From the NCBI GenBank assembly GCA_045593725.1, contig JAZNXE010000026.1:20646-84645 (forward strand): a stretch of DNA of 64,000 nucleotides, in the 5' to 3' direction. This DNA is from Eubacteriales bacterium (GTDB taxonomy: Bacteria > Bacillota > Clostridia > Oscillospirales > CAG-272). Both the position numbers and the translations under genes were made by a program. The stretch's first letter is position 1. Each line of letters begins with the position of its first letter. Below the pieces are notes generated by a model. That model saw only the letters and a list, made by a program, of their open reading frames with translations. It was not told where the DNA came from and did no database searches. This document shows positions 8,737 to 19,300 of the stretch, piece after piece.

Positions 8737-10182
8737 TTACTTCTTTGCGCTTCTGTGCTTCGCAAGCATATCGTGCTTCAGCGTCCACAGCTTCTCGGAA
8801 AGGTCAACGTAATAGTTGTGAGGATTGGTAAATCTCCTTACCTCCTCCCACATTCCCTCTATCTCTTCCTTGCAATGAGCGCGTATTTCTTCGATAGTGG
8901 GAAGCTTGTACACCTGCTCTCCATTCTTGAAAATGGGAACGAGAAGCTCGGTGGCGGTATAATTATCAAAGGTCTTACGCTTCCACGTAGCAACGGGGTC
9001 GAATATCTCAAGAGGCTTGCTCTGGTCAATGACCTCATCATAAACGCATATTAGGTCAGCCTCCGCCTTTCCGCTTTCCCTGTCGCGGATACGGTAAACC
9101 TTCTTAAAATGAGGAGTCGTTATCTTGCCTACGTTCTCGCTTATCTTTATCTTGGGGATAACCTTTCCATTCTCATCCTCAACTGCGCAAACCTTGTAAA
9201 CTCCGCCGAAAACAGGGTCGCTCTTTGCGGTTATAAGACGCTCGCCAACGCCAAACGCGTCAATCTCCGCGCCCTGACGTATAAGCTCTCTGATTATATA
9301 TTCGTCAAGAGAATTAGATACGACTATCCTACACGCGGAAAGCCCCGCCTCGTCAAGCTTCTTGCGTATCTTTTTGGTAAGGTAGGTAACGTCACCCGAA
9401 TCAAGGCGAACCGCACCGTTGGTTATTCCCTGCTCCTTAAACACGCGTATAGCATTGGGAAGACCGCTTTCAAGCACGTTGTAGGTATCTATAAGCAAGG
9501 TAGCATTATTGGGATATATGTCGCAATACGTCTTGAACGCCTCGTACTCGGTATCAAAAAGCTGCACCCAAGCGTGCGCCATAGTTCCTCCGGCGGGAAC
9601 TCCGTAAGCCTCGTCGGAAATAGCGCAGGCGGTAGAGCCACAGCCGCCTATATAAGCAGCTCTCGCGCCAAGCATTGCCGCGTCCGCGCCCTGAGCGCGT
9701 CTTGAGCCGAATTCACTTACAGGTCTGCCCTTAGCCGAACGGGTAATTCTTGCCGCCTTTGTGGCTATGAGCGACTGGTGATTTATCATCATAAGCACGT
9801 AGGTTTCAATAAACTGAGCCTCGATTATAGGCGCTCTTACGGTCATAAGAGGCTCTCCCGGGAATACTACCGTACCTTCGGGGATTGCCCAGATATCACC
9901 GCTGAATTTAAATCCCTTAAGATATTCGAGAAACTCCTCGGAAAAGCACCCTCTTCCGCGTAAATACTCAATATCCTCATCCTCGAACCTAAGGTCCTTG
10001 ATATATTCCACCACCTGCTCAAGACCCGCGCAGATAGCGTATCCTCCGTTGTCGGGATTGTCGCGGTAGAACACGTCAAAATATACTATTTTATCCTTCA
10101 TTCCGTTCACGAAATAACCGTTGCTCATAGTAAGCTCGTAATAATCGCAAAGCATTGTCAGATTTCTTTTGATGTCTTTCAT
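8737..10182 (-). CDS. pncB: Nicotinate phosphoribosyltransferase
   Basis: A 481-aa ORF with CDYYELTM and GGTMAHAWV motifs. The RBS is GGAGTG. Confidence 0.9.
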   Translation of the reverse strand: MKDIKRNLTMLCDYYELTMSNGYFVNGMKDKIVYFDVFYRDNPDNGGYAICAGLEQVVEYIKDLRFEDEDIEYLRGRGCFSEEFLEYLKGFKFSGDIWAIPEGTVVFPGEPLMTVRAPIIEAQFIETYVLMMINHQSLIATKAARITRSAKGRPVSEFGSRRAQGADAAMLGARAAYIGGCGSTACAISDEAYGVPAGGTMAHAWVQLFDTEYEAFKTYCDIYPNNATLLIDTYNVLESGLPNAIRVFKEQGITNGAVRLDSGDVTYLTKKIRKKLDEAGLSACRIVVSNSLDEYIIRELIRQGAEIDAFGVGERLITAKSDPVFGGVYKVCAVEDENGKVIPKIKISENVGKITTPHFKKVYRIRDRESGKAEADLICVYDEVIDQSKPLEIFDPVATWKRKTFDNYTATELLVPIFKNGEQVYKLPTIEEIRAHCKEEIEGMWEEVRRFTNPHNYYVDLSEKLWTLKHDMLAKHRSAKK

Positions 10183-10310
10183 TTTTCATCACTCCGTTTT
10201 CAGTTATCTATTGAGATAAGTATAGCTTTTTTTATTATTTTTGTCAATATATATCACATAAATTTAATAAAAGTAGGGCTGCTCATAAACAGAACAGCCC
10301 TTTGCAGATA

Positions 10311-11531
10311 TTATTTTGCAATCACTTTTCTAAAGCTCTTCTTACCTCTGCGGAAAACCTTTCCGTCCTTAAGGTCAGCCTTAGTAAAGGTGCGCTTAAA
10401 GTCACTTATCTTTTCGTCGTCAGCCGCAACTCCGCCCTGCTCTATGGCTCTTCTCGCCTCGGATTTAGAAGGAACGAGTCCCGCCTTTACAAGAAGCGAG
10501 CCGATATCTATTACACCGTCAACGAAATCGGCATCAGTAAGCTCTGTCATAGGTATCTCGGCAGACGCACCGCTTCCAAAGAGCGCCCTTGCGCTCGCCT
10601 GAGCCTTATTAGCCTCGTCCTCTCCGTGAACAAGCTTTGTAAGCTCGTAAGCAAGTATTTCCTTAGCCTTGTTAAGCTGCGCGCCCTCCCAGCTATCCAT
10701 AGCGTCGATTTCCTCAAGAGGAAGGAAGGTCAGCATTCTTATACACTTGAGAACGTCCGCATCAGCCACGTTTCTCCAGTACTGGTAGAAATCGTAGGGA
10801 GTAGTCTTTTTAGGATCGAGCCATACGGCACCCGACTGGGTTTTACCCATCTTCTTACTCTCGGAATTGAGAAGGAGATTGATGGTCATAGCATAAGCGT
10901 CCTTGCCAAGCTTGCGGCGGATAAGCTCTGTTCCGCCAAGCATATTAGACCACTGGTCATCTCCTCCGAACTGCATATTACAGCCGTACGTCTTGAAAAG
11001 GTGATAGAAGTCGTAGGACTGCATTATCATATAGTTGAATTCAAGGAATGAGAGTCCCTTTTCCATTCTCTGCTTGTAGCACTCTGCGGAAAGCATACGG
11101 TTTACCGAAAAACACGCGCCAACGTCACGGAGGACCTCAATATAGTTAAGTCCCATAAGCCAATCGGCATTGTTTATCATCATAGCCTTTCCCTCGGAAA
11201 AGTCTATAAATCTGCTCATCTGCTCCTTAAAGCACTCGCAGTTATGGGCAATGGTTTCCTCGGTCATCATCTGACGCATATCGGTGCGTCCCGAGGGGTC
11301 GCCAACCATAGCCGTGCCGCCCCCTATAAGAGCGATGGGCTTATTACCCGCCATCTGCAATCTCTTCATAAGGCAGAGCGCCATAAAGTGACCTACGTGA
11401 AGGCTGTCAGCCGTAGGGTCGAAGCCTATGTAGAACACGGCTTTACCGTTGTTCACCATTTCCTTAATTTCTTCCTCGTCGGTGACCTGAGCGATAAGTC
11501 CTCTCGCCACCAGCTCGTCATAAATCGTCAT
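10311..11531 (-). CDS. tyrS: Tyrosine--tRNA ligase
   Basis: It has the HIGH motif (HVGH), the KMSKS motif (KMGKT) and a C-terminal S4 domain. The start is at MTIYDEL (11531), behind GGGAGG. Confidence 0.93.
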   Translation of the reverse strand: MTIYDELVARGLIAQVTDEEEIKEMVNNGKAVFYIGFDPTADSLHVGHFMALCLMKRLQMAGNKPIALIGGGTAMVGDPSGRTDMRQMMTEETIAHNCECFKEQMSRFIDFSEGKAMMINNADWLMGLNYIEVLRDVGACFSVNRMLSAECYKQRMEKGLSFLEFNYMIMQSYDFYHLFKTYGCNMQFGGDDQWSNMLGGTELIRRKLGKDAYAMTINLLLNSESKKMGKTQSGAVWLDPKKTTPYDFYQYWRNVADADVLKCIRMLTFLPLEEIDAMDSWEGAQLNKAKEILAYELTKLVHGEDEANKAQASARALFGSGASAEIPMTELTDADFVDGVIDIGSLLVKAGLVPSKSEARRAIEQGGVAADDEKISDFKRTFTKADLKDGKVFRRGKKSFRKVIAK

Positions 11532-11575
11532 AATATACCTCCCGCGCAAGCGCAAATAATCTTAATATCCCGTAT

Positions 11576-11604
11576 ATTATAACCTATACTCCTCTTTTTG
11601 TCAA
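11576..11604 (-). promoter_or_regulatory. Consensus sigma-A promoter of tyrS (TTGACA-17-TATAAT)
   Basis: On the minus strand it reads TTGACAaaaagaggagtataggtTATAAT. This leaves a leader of only about 38 nt, with no room for a T-box. Confidence 0.65.
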
Positions 11605-11625
11605 TAATCAGAAGAATTTTAATTT

Positions 11626-11663
11626 ACAAAAAGCAAGAGAGCGCCGCGCTCTGCGCGGCACTC
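11626..11663 (-). terminator. Intrinsic terminator after the SASP gene
   Basis: On the minus strand: GAGTGCCGCGC-aga-GCGCGGCGCTC followed by TCTTGCTTTTT. Confidence 0.75.
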
Positions 11664-11682
11664 CCTCACGTGGATACCCAAC

Positions 11683-11871
11683 TTACTTAGTACCCTTTGT
11701 CTGGCTGTTCTCGTAGCTCTCGATCATCTTCTTAACCATCTGACCGCCGATAGAGCCTGCCTGACGGGAAGTGAGATCGCCGTTGTAACCGTTGTTGAGG
11801 TTAACTCCAACCTCGCTTGCTGCCTGCATCTTGATCTGCTCAAGAGCCTGCTTTGCCTGCTTGTTTGCCAT
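11683..11871 (-). CDS. Alpha/beta-type small acid-soluble spore protein
   Basis: A 62-aa ORF containing ...ASEVGVNL...GDLTSRQAGSIGGQMVKKMIE, the typical SASP core. The RBS is AAGGAG. Confidence 0.88.
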   Translation of the reverse strand: MANKQAKQALEQIKMQAASEVGVNLNNGYNGDLTSRQAGSIGGQMVKKMIESYENSQTKGTK

Positions 11872-12118
11872 AGCTATTCTCCTTACTTCCGTAATAACTT
11901 ACGGTTTTGTTTTCGAACTTTCTATAATAATCGAGTTAACACCGCAGAACGACTGCGGTGTTCCGCTGTCGCTTGCTTTGCAACTCTGCTATTATTTTGC
12001 TACGGCTCTGATTTTATATGTATGGAAAAATAAGGCGATTTTTACGGTTAAAAAATCAATTGAACAACCGCTATTTACTTTCGTGTGTTTTTGTTCTGCG
12101 CTAAATGAGACAGTCCCA

Positions 12119-12565
12119 TCAGTTATTTTCTTTCAGTCTGCTAAGCTCTGTAAGGAAGGTTTCTATATCCTTAAATTCTCTGTAAACCGAAGCAAAGCGC
12201 ACGTACGCCACCTCATCTCTTGTCTTCAGCTTGTTCATAACCAGCTCGCCTATCTCGTTAGTGGTTATCTCGTTGCGAAGAGAGTTCTGAAGCTCGGTTT
12301 CTATCTCCACTGCTATCTCCTCGGCATCAACAGGTCTTTTCTGACAAGCCTTAAGAAGTCCCGAAAGCAGCTTGTTCTTATCAAAAAGCTCCTTGCTTCC
12401 ATCCTTCTTTTCCACGATTATCTGCACCGTTTCTATTATTTCAAATGTGGTGTAGCGCTTCTGACAGGCAAGACATTCTCTTCTTCTGCGAATGCTGTTG
12501 CCCTCCTCCACGTGTCTTGAGTCTATTACCTTACTATCCGCAAAACCGCATACGGGACATTTCAT
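12119..12565 (-). CDS. nrdR: Transcriptional repressor NrdR
   Basis: MKCPVCG...CLAC forms a zinc ribbon, followed by an ATP-cone. The start at 12565 sits behind GAGGAAGG. Confidence 0.92.
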   Translation of the reverse strand: MKCPVCGFADSKVIDSRHVEEGNSIRRRRECLACQKRYTTFEIIETVQIIVEKKDGSKELFDKNKLLSGLLKACQKRPVDAEEIAVEIETELQNSLRNEITTNEIGELVMNKLKTRDEVAYVRFASVYREFKDIETFLTELSRLKENN

Positions 12566-12657
12566 TTTTTGTAGCCTTCCTCTCAAAGTTTGTCAAAATA
12601 TATCTCATATATTTTACCACAAAGATCCCGCTAAGTAAATAGTTTTCTGCTATTTTT

Positions 12658-12951
12658 TTAAAAACCTTCAATGTCCTTTGCTTTTCTGAAATCGCTGACC
12701 ACGTCCAAAATATGAGAGGGTGAAACTCCTCCCTCAACCACAGTGCAGAACAGTCCCTCCGCCTCCTCCAGAGACGCGCCTACCGTTTCAAAAGCGTAAT
12801 CCTCTCCAAGAGCGCACAAGGCATATACGTTCACTCCAAAAAGTCCCACCTTCAGAAGTGCGTAGTGAGTTGCCCTGTCCTCGGTCTCTTTCAGCACCGA
12901 TATGCTGATGTTCTCTCCCAACAAAAAATTTTCAGTCTGTGTTTTGTACAT
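12658..12951 (-). CDS. Hypothetical protein (97 aa) upstream of nrdR
   Basis: It has a good RBS (AAGGAG, 8-nt spacer) and normal codon usage. I see no recognisable motif. Confidence 0.6.
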   Translation of the reverse strand: MYKTQTENFLLGENISISVLKETEDRATHYALLKVGLFGVNVYALCALGEDYAFETVGASLEEAEGLFCTVVEGGVSPSHILDVVSDFRKAKDIEGF

Positions 12952-13336
12952 TTCAATTTTCTCCTTTCTGTGAGGTATGCCGTTGGTTACGTCCTCAATT
13001 ATACACTACTCAAAATACTAATGAATAATTAAGCTTTTTTAACCACTAAGCACTTTTTTTACAATATTTTGTGTCGTTCTATTACTCATATAACAAGAAA
13101 AAGAGAATTTTTTGTTAGATTATGCATAAATATACACTTTTTTGCTGTCTGTAATATTTGTATATCAAAAAAGCGGTGTCAAAAATTGGGAATTATTTCC
13201 TTTCCAAAATATGTTCCTTGAAATATCATGCGCTTTTTGCTATAATATTACCGAAAAGCAAAGTTTTTTCTATAATTTTTATAAATCATATTTTTTGCTA
13301 AAAAACGTATAAAAATCAATCTAAAAGGAGAAAAAA

Positions 13337-13582
13337 GTGCATATTTTTACATTTTCACGCCCCACAATACAGCTTTTACACTACGGACTGTTCGCCGTTA
13401 TATGCCATCTGACCGCTATTCTTTTTTTTGCGTTAAATATGCCAAGCCACTCACCTCTGCTATACCATTACAGAATATTCCCTATGATAGAGCACTCCCT
13501 CATAAGCTTCGTAGCCATATTCATAGGCGCGTTGGGGCTGGAATACATATTCAAAGATATTGACCAACAGCGAAGCAGGTGA
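13337..13582 (+). CDS. Hypothetical small membrane protein (81 aa, GTG start)
   Basis: It has an AAGGAG RBS 7 nt before the GTG and two hydrophobic helices. A plausible promoter, TTGAAA-17-TATAAT, lies at about 13218-13246. Confidence 0.35.
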   Translation: MHIFTFSRPTIQLLHYGLFAVICHLTAILFFALNMPSHSPLLYHYRIFPMIEHSLISFVAIFIGALGLEYIFKDIDQQRSR

Positions 13583-13621
13583 TATGACCGATTCCATATT
13601 TTCGCGGAGCATTTTTACAGC

Positions 13622-13655
13622 AAAAAAGAGGAAGACCGAAGTCTTCCTCTTTTTA
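13622..13655. terminator. Bidirectional intrinsic terminator (AGAGGAAGAC-cgaa-GTCTTCCTCT flanked by A and T runs)
   Basis: A perfect 10-bp stem flanked by a run of six A on the left and five T on the right. It follows rnpB on the minus strand and the 81-aa ORF on the plus strand. Confidence 0.8.
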
Positions 13656-13658
13656 TTT

Positions 13659-14011
13659 GAACTCTATCTATAAGCCGGGTTCTGTCGTGAACGGTCATCT
13701 ATCTTTGCTTTGCGTCGCCGCAAAGCTCAAAGGCAAAAGCCTTCTGCCACCCGCGGATATACGTCGGGCAAACAATCCGCATACGGTGTTGCTTCGGATA
13801 GGGTTTACAGCAAACCTATGTTACCATAGGAGTGGGTGAGCTCTTACCTCGCCTTTCCATCCTTACCTCATACGAGGCGGTTTATTTCTGTTGCACTTTC
13901 CCGGGAGTCGCCTCCGACTGACGTTATCAGTTACCCTGCCCTGTGAAGCCCGGACTTTCCTCACGGTAATACCTTTCGGCAACATACCGCGCGACCGTTT
14001 AATAAAGTTCC
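13659..14011 (-). ncRNA. rnpB: RNase P RNA (bacterial type A)
   Basis: The minus strand contains GAGGAAAGTCCGGGCTTCACAGGGCAGGGT...GGAAAGTGCAACAGAAATAAACCGCC...ACAGAACCCGGCTTAT. The P1 stem pairs GAACUUU (5') with AGAGUUC (3'). The ends are approximate, within about 5 nt. Confidence 0.93.
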
Positions 14012-14052
14012 TTTAGATTGTAACACAAAAAACGCTTATTGTCAAGAATACA

Positions 14053-14724
14053 TCAGTTCTTTTTTATGACGGGAAGCTTGCTGACCGCAATTGCCGCCAC
14101 CGCTGTAATTACTATCTCGGGAATCATATAGAGTCCGTTATAGAATATAGAATATACCAACGCTAATCCCTTACCGCTGAAGCTGTCCAGTATCCACCCG
14201 CCGATAGCGTAAAAGTTATCCTGAGTAAAGAACCATTCAGCCCACGCTCCGTAGAATATATATCCCGAGATTATATGGGCAATATATCTCAGTGAGAGCG
14301 CAAGCACAGCACCTAAGGTCAGAGCAACAGTCTTATTTTTTATCTTATTTCTGAAGATACCTCCAAAGCCCAACAGCGTGTACGCTACAAGGTAGTCTAT
14401 GATAAGTATCGCCACCGCCGCTCCGTAGCCCATAAAATCGTCACTGTTAGGCATAAAAAGAGCCATTATGGTGGAGCCCTTTCCAAGATAAAGGTCCATA
14501 ACTATCTGTATAGCCGAATATACTCCCGCGGTAAAGAAGCCCCATTTCATACCGTACATATACGCTATGATAACTACGGGAAGCATGCTGGCTATGGTAA
14601 ATCCTCCGCCAAAGGGCAGATTCAAGAATGGAATGATTGCGCACACCATAGCCAAAATGGTAGCGAGAGCTATCATAACGGCAGAGGTGGTCAATCTCTG
14701 TGTGTTAAATTTTGTCTGACTCAT
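14053..14724 (-). CDS. thiT: ECF-transporter S component for thiamine (ThiT-like)
   Basis: A 223-aa polytopic membrane protein of the ECF S-component type. It lies directly downstream of a TPP riboswitch. Confidence 0.8.
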   Translation of the reverse strand: MSQTKFNTQRLTTSAVMIALATILAMVCAIIPFLNLPFGGGFTIASMLPVVIIAYMYGMKWGFFTAGVYSAIQIVMDLYLGKGSTIMALFMPNSDDFMGYGAAVAILIIDYLVAYTLLGFGGIFRNKIKNKTVALTLGAVLALSLRYIAHIISGYIFYGAWAEWFFTQDNFYAIGGWILDSFSGKGLALVYSIFYNGLYMIPEIVITAVAAIAVSKLPVIKKN

Positions 14725-14750
14725 ACATCAAACCTCCGAAAATAAATTTA

Positions 14751-14905
14751 AAAACCGCACGGAAATCTCCGTGCGGTAAATTCTTCATCTTCGGTATCTC
14801 GAGCTACCAAATTGAAATCATCTCCCTACGCCGGCATTATCCGTATCAGGTTAAAGGGTTCGGCTCTCGCCATCTCAGCCATAATGGGCACCCCCGACTT
14901 CTATG
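14751..14905 (-). promoter_or_regulatory. TPP (THI-box) riboswitch with terminator expression platform
   Basis: The minus strand reads GGGGTGCCCATTATGGCTGAGATGG...ACCCTTTAACCTGATACGGATAATGCCGGCGTAGGGA. This is followed by the terminator ACCGCACGGAgatTTCCGTGCGGTTTTT (14751-14778). Confidence 0.92.
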
Positions 14906-14921
14906 CGGTTTTTATGAGTGG

Positions 14922-14950
14922 ATTATATCACAAAAAATCCCGTATGTCAA
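14922..14950 (-). promoter_or_regulatory. Consensus promoter of the riboswitch-thiT unit (TTGACA-17-TATAAT)
   Basis: On the minus strand it reads TTGACAtacgggattttttgtgaTATAAT. Confidence 0.65.
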
Positions 14951-14968
14951 TAGTATTATCAGAATTTA

Positions 14969-16285
14969 TCAATAATAATAATTTATACCCGCTCTCTTTA
15001 TGTCTGCTGTGGCAAGTACCTTTTCATCTACTACTATTTTAGACTTATACGGCTCAAGATACTCCGCCAACAGCTCCGATATAAGGTCGTTAATAAACAC
15101 ATAAGTACCGGTGCTTGGACTTATAAACAGATCCTCGTATTCGCTGTCGGTATAAGCCGCAGGCTCCGTTTCATAGCGCATCACTATATGTATTCCGTAA
15201 TCGCTCTTTACCATCTTTACATCGCCTACCGCCATCTCGAACAGAGCCTTTATAACCTCGGGAGATTCGTAATTAGTGTCCTCGGTCACATAATATCCGT
15301 TTGGGAAATCCTGAATGCCCGTATCCTCGCTGTACTTTGTTACAAGGGCGTCAAAGCCTATTGTATCCCCCTTTTTGGTAAGGTCGAATATGTCATTTGC
15401 CTCGTCGGTAAGGACTTCCATTTCGGTATCATTGTATGGTCTGGTAACAGCGTTGCCCTTTTCGTCGGTCACGGGCTTTCTGGTCGCTCCCTCCAGCTTA
15501 TAGGCTATTCTTTCCTTTCCGTCCTCGTCGGTATATACGTATATCCTATCTCCGTTAGCGTCGGTGGCGTAGCTTCCGTCAGCATTTTTCTTTGCTGTCT
15601 TTTTCGTATCATAAGATATATGGGTAGCATCTCTGTAATACACTATATCTTCGTTGTCATCCACCTCGTAAATATATTCATAGGAATAAAGGAATATCTG
15701 CTTGAAGCGAGCGTAATTTTCAAGATAGTATTCCTCTATAAGATTAGCTCCTATCTTGTTTCCGTTAACTCCGAAAAGACTTTCCTCAAGATAATCTATC
15801 TTAGCTTCCACTATATACGCCTCGCGAAGCATCTCGTAGTTTACTCCGTATTCTCCGATTATGGCATTAAATGCCGTCTTTGAACCGTCGGCTTCCTTAA
15901 GAACAAGCTCCTCCATCTCGGCGTCTATCTCCTCTATATACGAATCGGGAAGCTTAAGTCCCCTCTCCTCAAACAGAGCTACCGCCGCAAGATAGGTCTT
16001 GGATGCCTCAAGCACCACCTTGGTATAATGGTCGTTATAGGTAGTCCATGTATCGGCATCCATCCAGGTATCCCAAAACTCACTGCCCGTAGCGCTGTTG
16101 CCAAAATAAGCGGTAGTGCAAAGCATACCCTTCATTCTCGAAAGATAGAGCCAGAACAGATTTACCGACATTTCGCTTCCGTCAAGCTTCATCAGTGTCT
16201 TGCCCTTAGACGCGCATCCCGCAAATCCTACCGCAAGAAGCGCAAGCATAAGAATTACTGCAATTAATCTTTTTACCGATTTCAT
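14969..16285 (-). CDS. PrsA/SurA-like lipoprotein with a parvulin-type peptidyl-prolyl isomerase domain
   Basis: It has a lipobox (FAGC). The C-terminal segment ...YSEDTGIQDFPNGYYVT...ALFEMAVGDVKMVKSDYGIHIVMRY matches the parvulin pattern. It sits downstream of mfd, as in many Clostridia. Confidence 0.7.
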   Translation of the reverse strand: MKSVKRLIAVILMLALLAVGFAGCASKGKTLMKLDGSEMSVNLFWLYLSRMKGMLCTTAYFGNSATGSEFWDTWMDADTWTTYNDHYTKVVLEASKTYLAAVALFEERGLKLPDSYIEEIDAEMEELVLKEADGSKTAFNAIIGEYGVNYEMLREAYIVEAKIDYLEESLFGVNGNKIGANLIEEYYLENYARFKQIFLYSYEYIYEVDDNEDIVYYRDATHISYDTKKTAKKNADGSYATDANGDRIYVYTDEDGKERIAYKLEGATRKPVTDEKGNAVTRPYNDTEMEVLTDEANDIFDLTKKGDTIGFDALVTKYSEDTGIQDFPNGYYVTEDTNYESPEVIKALFEMAVGDVKMVKSDYGIHIVMRYETEPAAYTDSEYEDLFISPSTGTYVFINDLISELLAEYLEPYKSKIVVDEKVLATADIKRAGINYYY

Positions 16286-16312
16286 TTTCGGTTCCTTCCT
16301 TTTTTACAACAG

Positions 16313-19300
16313 TTATATATATTGAGTCAATAAAACAGCGTATTTCTCAAAAAGGGTGAGTAACATATCGGGTACGTTATCCCCTCTCTGCTTTTTAAGC
16401 ACAACGCTTGGAGGCTCGGACATTATCACCTTTATACGTCCCTTGTATTCAGGGTCATCAGAAAGCTCCGACCAGACCTCAAAATCAAAGGCGGAGGGTA
16501 AGATCCTTATCTCGCTCTGCTCCTCGACTATATTGAGTATGCCGCATTTCATAGCCGCGGCACGTACCAGCGCTATGGTCAACAGGTCCATAGTCGCCTT
16601 GGGGATATCCCCGTATCTGTCGATAAGCTCGTCGATTATATCCTCCTTATCCTCTCTGGTCTGAAGCATAGCTATACGCTTGTAAAGCCCCATTCTCTGT
16701 GCCGAATACGGCACGTATTTTTCGGATATAAAGGCGTCGCATCTGAGAGTCACCGTGCACTCCTTCTTCTCGGGTATTGCCTCGCCCTTCTCCTCAAGAA
16801 CTGCCTCGTTAAGCAGCTTGATATAAAGCTCGTAGCCCACAGCGTCAAGATGTCCGTGCTGCTCCGCACCGAGAAGATTTCCCGCTCCTCTTATCTCAAG
16901 GTCGCGTATAGCTATCTTAAAGCCCGCTCCGAACTCAGCGTAATCTCTTATAGCCTCAAGACGCTTTGTGGCTATCTCATTTACCGTTCTGTCCTTGGGA
17001 TAGGTAAAATAAGCGTACGCCCTTCTTGAGGAGCGTCCAACGCGCCCTCTTATCTGGTGAAGCTGGGAAAGTCCGAGCCGCTGAGCGTTTTCAACTATAA
17101 GCGTATTAGCGTTTGGAATATCAACACCCGTTTCTATTATGGTAGTACATACGAGTATATCTATCTCCCCCGAAAGCATTTCGCTCCATATATCCTCAAG
17201 CTCTTCCTTATCCATCCGTCCGTGAGCGACGGTGATACGCGCATCGGGAATAGCCTTGGCTATCTTCGCGGCGCAGCTGTCTATACTCTCCACAAAATTG
17301 TAGAGGTAAAATACCTGACCGCCTCTGCGAAGCTCACGGCGTATAGCCTCTATGAGTATAAGCTCGTCGTGCTCAAGAACGTAGGTCTGAACGGGAAGCC
17401 TGTCACCCGGCGCCTCATCAAGAACAGAGATATCGCGGATTCCGCCCATAGCCATATTCAGAGTTCTCGGGATGGGTGTCGCCGTCAGGGTAAGAACGTC
17501 GATATTTCCCGACATCTGCTTGAGCTTTTCCTTTTGAGCGACGCCGAAGCGTTGCTCCTCGTCAACTATCAAAAGACCTAAATCCTTGAATTCTATATCC
17601 TTGCCTATAAGTCTGTGAGTCCCCACTATAACGTCGGTATCCCCTCTTTTAAGCTTACGCAGTGAGAGCGCCTGTTGCTTAGGGGTACGGAAACGGGATA
17701 TCATATCCACGTTTACAGAGAATGCTCTCATTCGGCTCACCAACGTCTGATAATGCTGAAGCGCAAGAATAGTGGTAGGAACAAGTATTGCCACCTGCTT
17801 TCCCCCAAGCACCGCCTTATAAGCGGCTCTCATAGCCACCTCAGTCTTGCCGAAGCCAACGTCACCGCAAAGAAGTCGGTCCATGGGCACGGGCTTCATC
17901 ATATCTTCCTTGATATCCTCAATAGCCGCAAGCTGTCCTTCGGTTTCATCATAATCAAACGCCGCCTCAAAATCCGCCTGAAGCTCGTCGTCCTCGGGAA
18001 AAGCAAATCCGGGGCGGCGCTCTCTTTCGGCATATAGCTTGATAAGGTCCTTAGCAATATCCTTAACAGCTGCCTTGGCGCGGGATTTTGCCCTGCCCCA
18101 CTCGCCGCCTCCAAAGCGTGAAAGCTTCACAAGACCGTCGTCCGAGTGCGCTCCGATATATTTGGACACCATATCCAGCTTATCCACAGGCAAAAACAGT
18201 CTGTCGCTTCCCGCGTAGCGGATATTTATATAGTCACGGCTGACGCCGTCAACCTTAAGATTTTCAATTCCCATATACTGACCGATACCGTGTATCTCGT
18301 GTACCACGAAATCTCCGACCTCAAGGTCGTTGTAGGAAAGAATGGTTTCTGCTCCGCTTCTCTTCTTTTTTCTCTTTTTAAGCTTTGAGGATGCGGTATA
18401 AGCACCCTCTCTGCTTTCGGGCACGGTAGAAAGAACTGCCACGCGCGGTGTGGTCATTTCGTAGCCCTTTACTATATATCTCCACCCCACCAGTATAACA
18501 CTCTTGGGAAGAGTTTCAAAGGTATATTCACCGCTGTCGGTTTCGCTCACCGCGCTTATTCCCTTGCCATTAAGGACCGAGCAGAGATTTTTCGCGGCAG
18601 CCTCGTTCTCAGCGAGGATATACAGCCTGTACCCTCCTCGCTTGTAGCTCTCAATATCCTCACACAAAAGCTCAAGGTTTTCGCTGTACGACACCATATG
18701 CTTGGTTCTGAAATTAAACATAGCGCCAAGCCTTTTGCCCGACATTCCCTGTCCGAGAGAATCAAAATGCACTACTGCCGCGCCGTCAAGAAAGAGATTG
18801 AACATTTCCTCGCTTTTGGTGTAATCGGTATATTTCGGGGCAATAGTTCCGCCCTCAAGCAGCTCCTCAACCGTCTGGTCTATATGCCACTGCGCCGCCT
18901 TTATACGCTCGTAAACCGCAGTGGTATTGCGGATAAACACAGTGCTTTGTCTGCTGAAATAATCAAGCAAGCACACTCTTTCGGGATACACGAAGGTGAG
19001 ATATTTATCAAGGAAGTTAAGCTCATTTCTTCCCTCAATAGCCGATATCTCGCGCCACATCTCCTCCCGCGCTCTTTCGTCCTTGGACTTTTCCCGCCAA
19101 GAAATTACGGTCTGCTTCAATGCTTCTTTGCCCTGCTCGTCAAGCAAAAGCTCTCTTGCGGGTGGAAATTCCACCTTGTCAAGAGTAAGGGTCATTCTTT
19201 GAGTCTCGGGGTCGAATATTTCCATACGGTCTATCTCGTCACCGAAAAGCTCTATCCTGAAGGGAGCGGTTTCAACGCTCACGTTCCCGTCTATATCGGT

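Noticed and set aside
12534-12737. A 67-aa minus-strand ORF spanning the gap between the 97-aa gene and nrdR.
   Set aside because: It overlaps the ends of two better-supported genes in another frame. It has no RBS.
13657-13839. A 60-aa plus-strand ORF.
   Set aside because: It lies entirely inside the RNase P RNA gene on the opposite strand.
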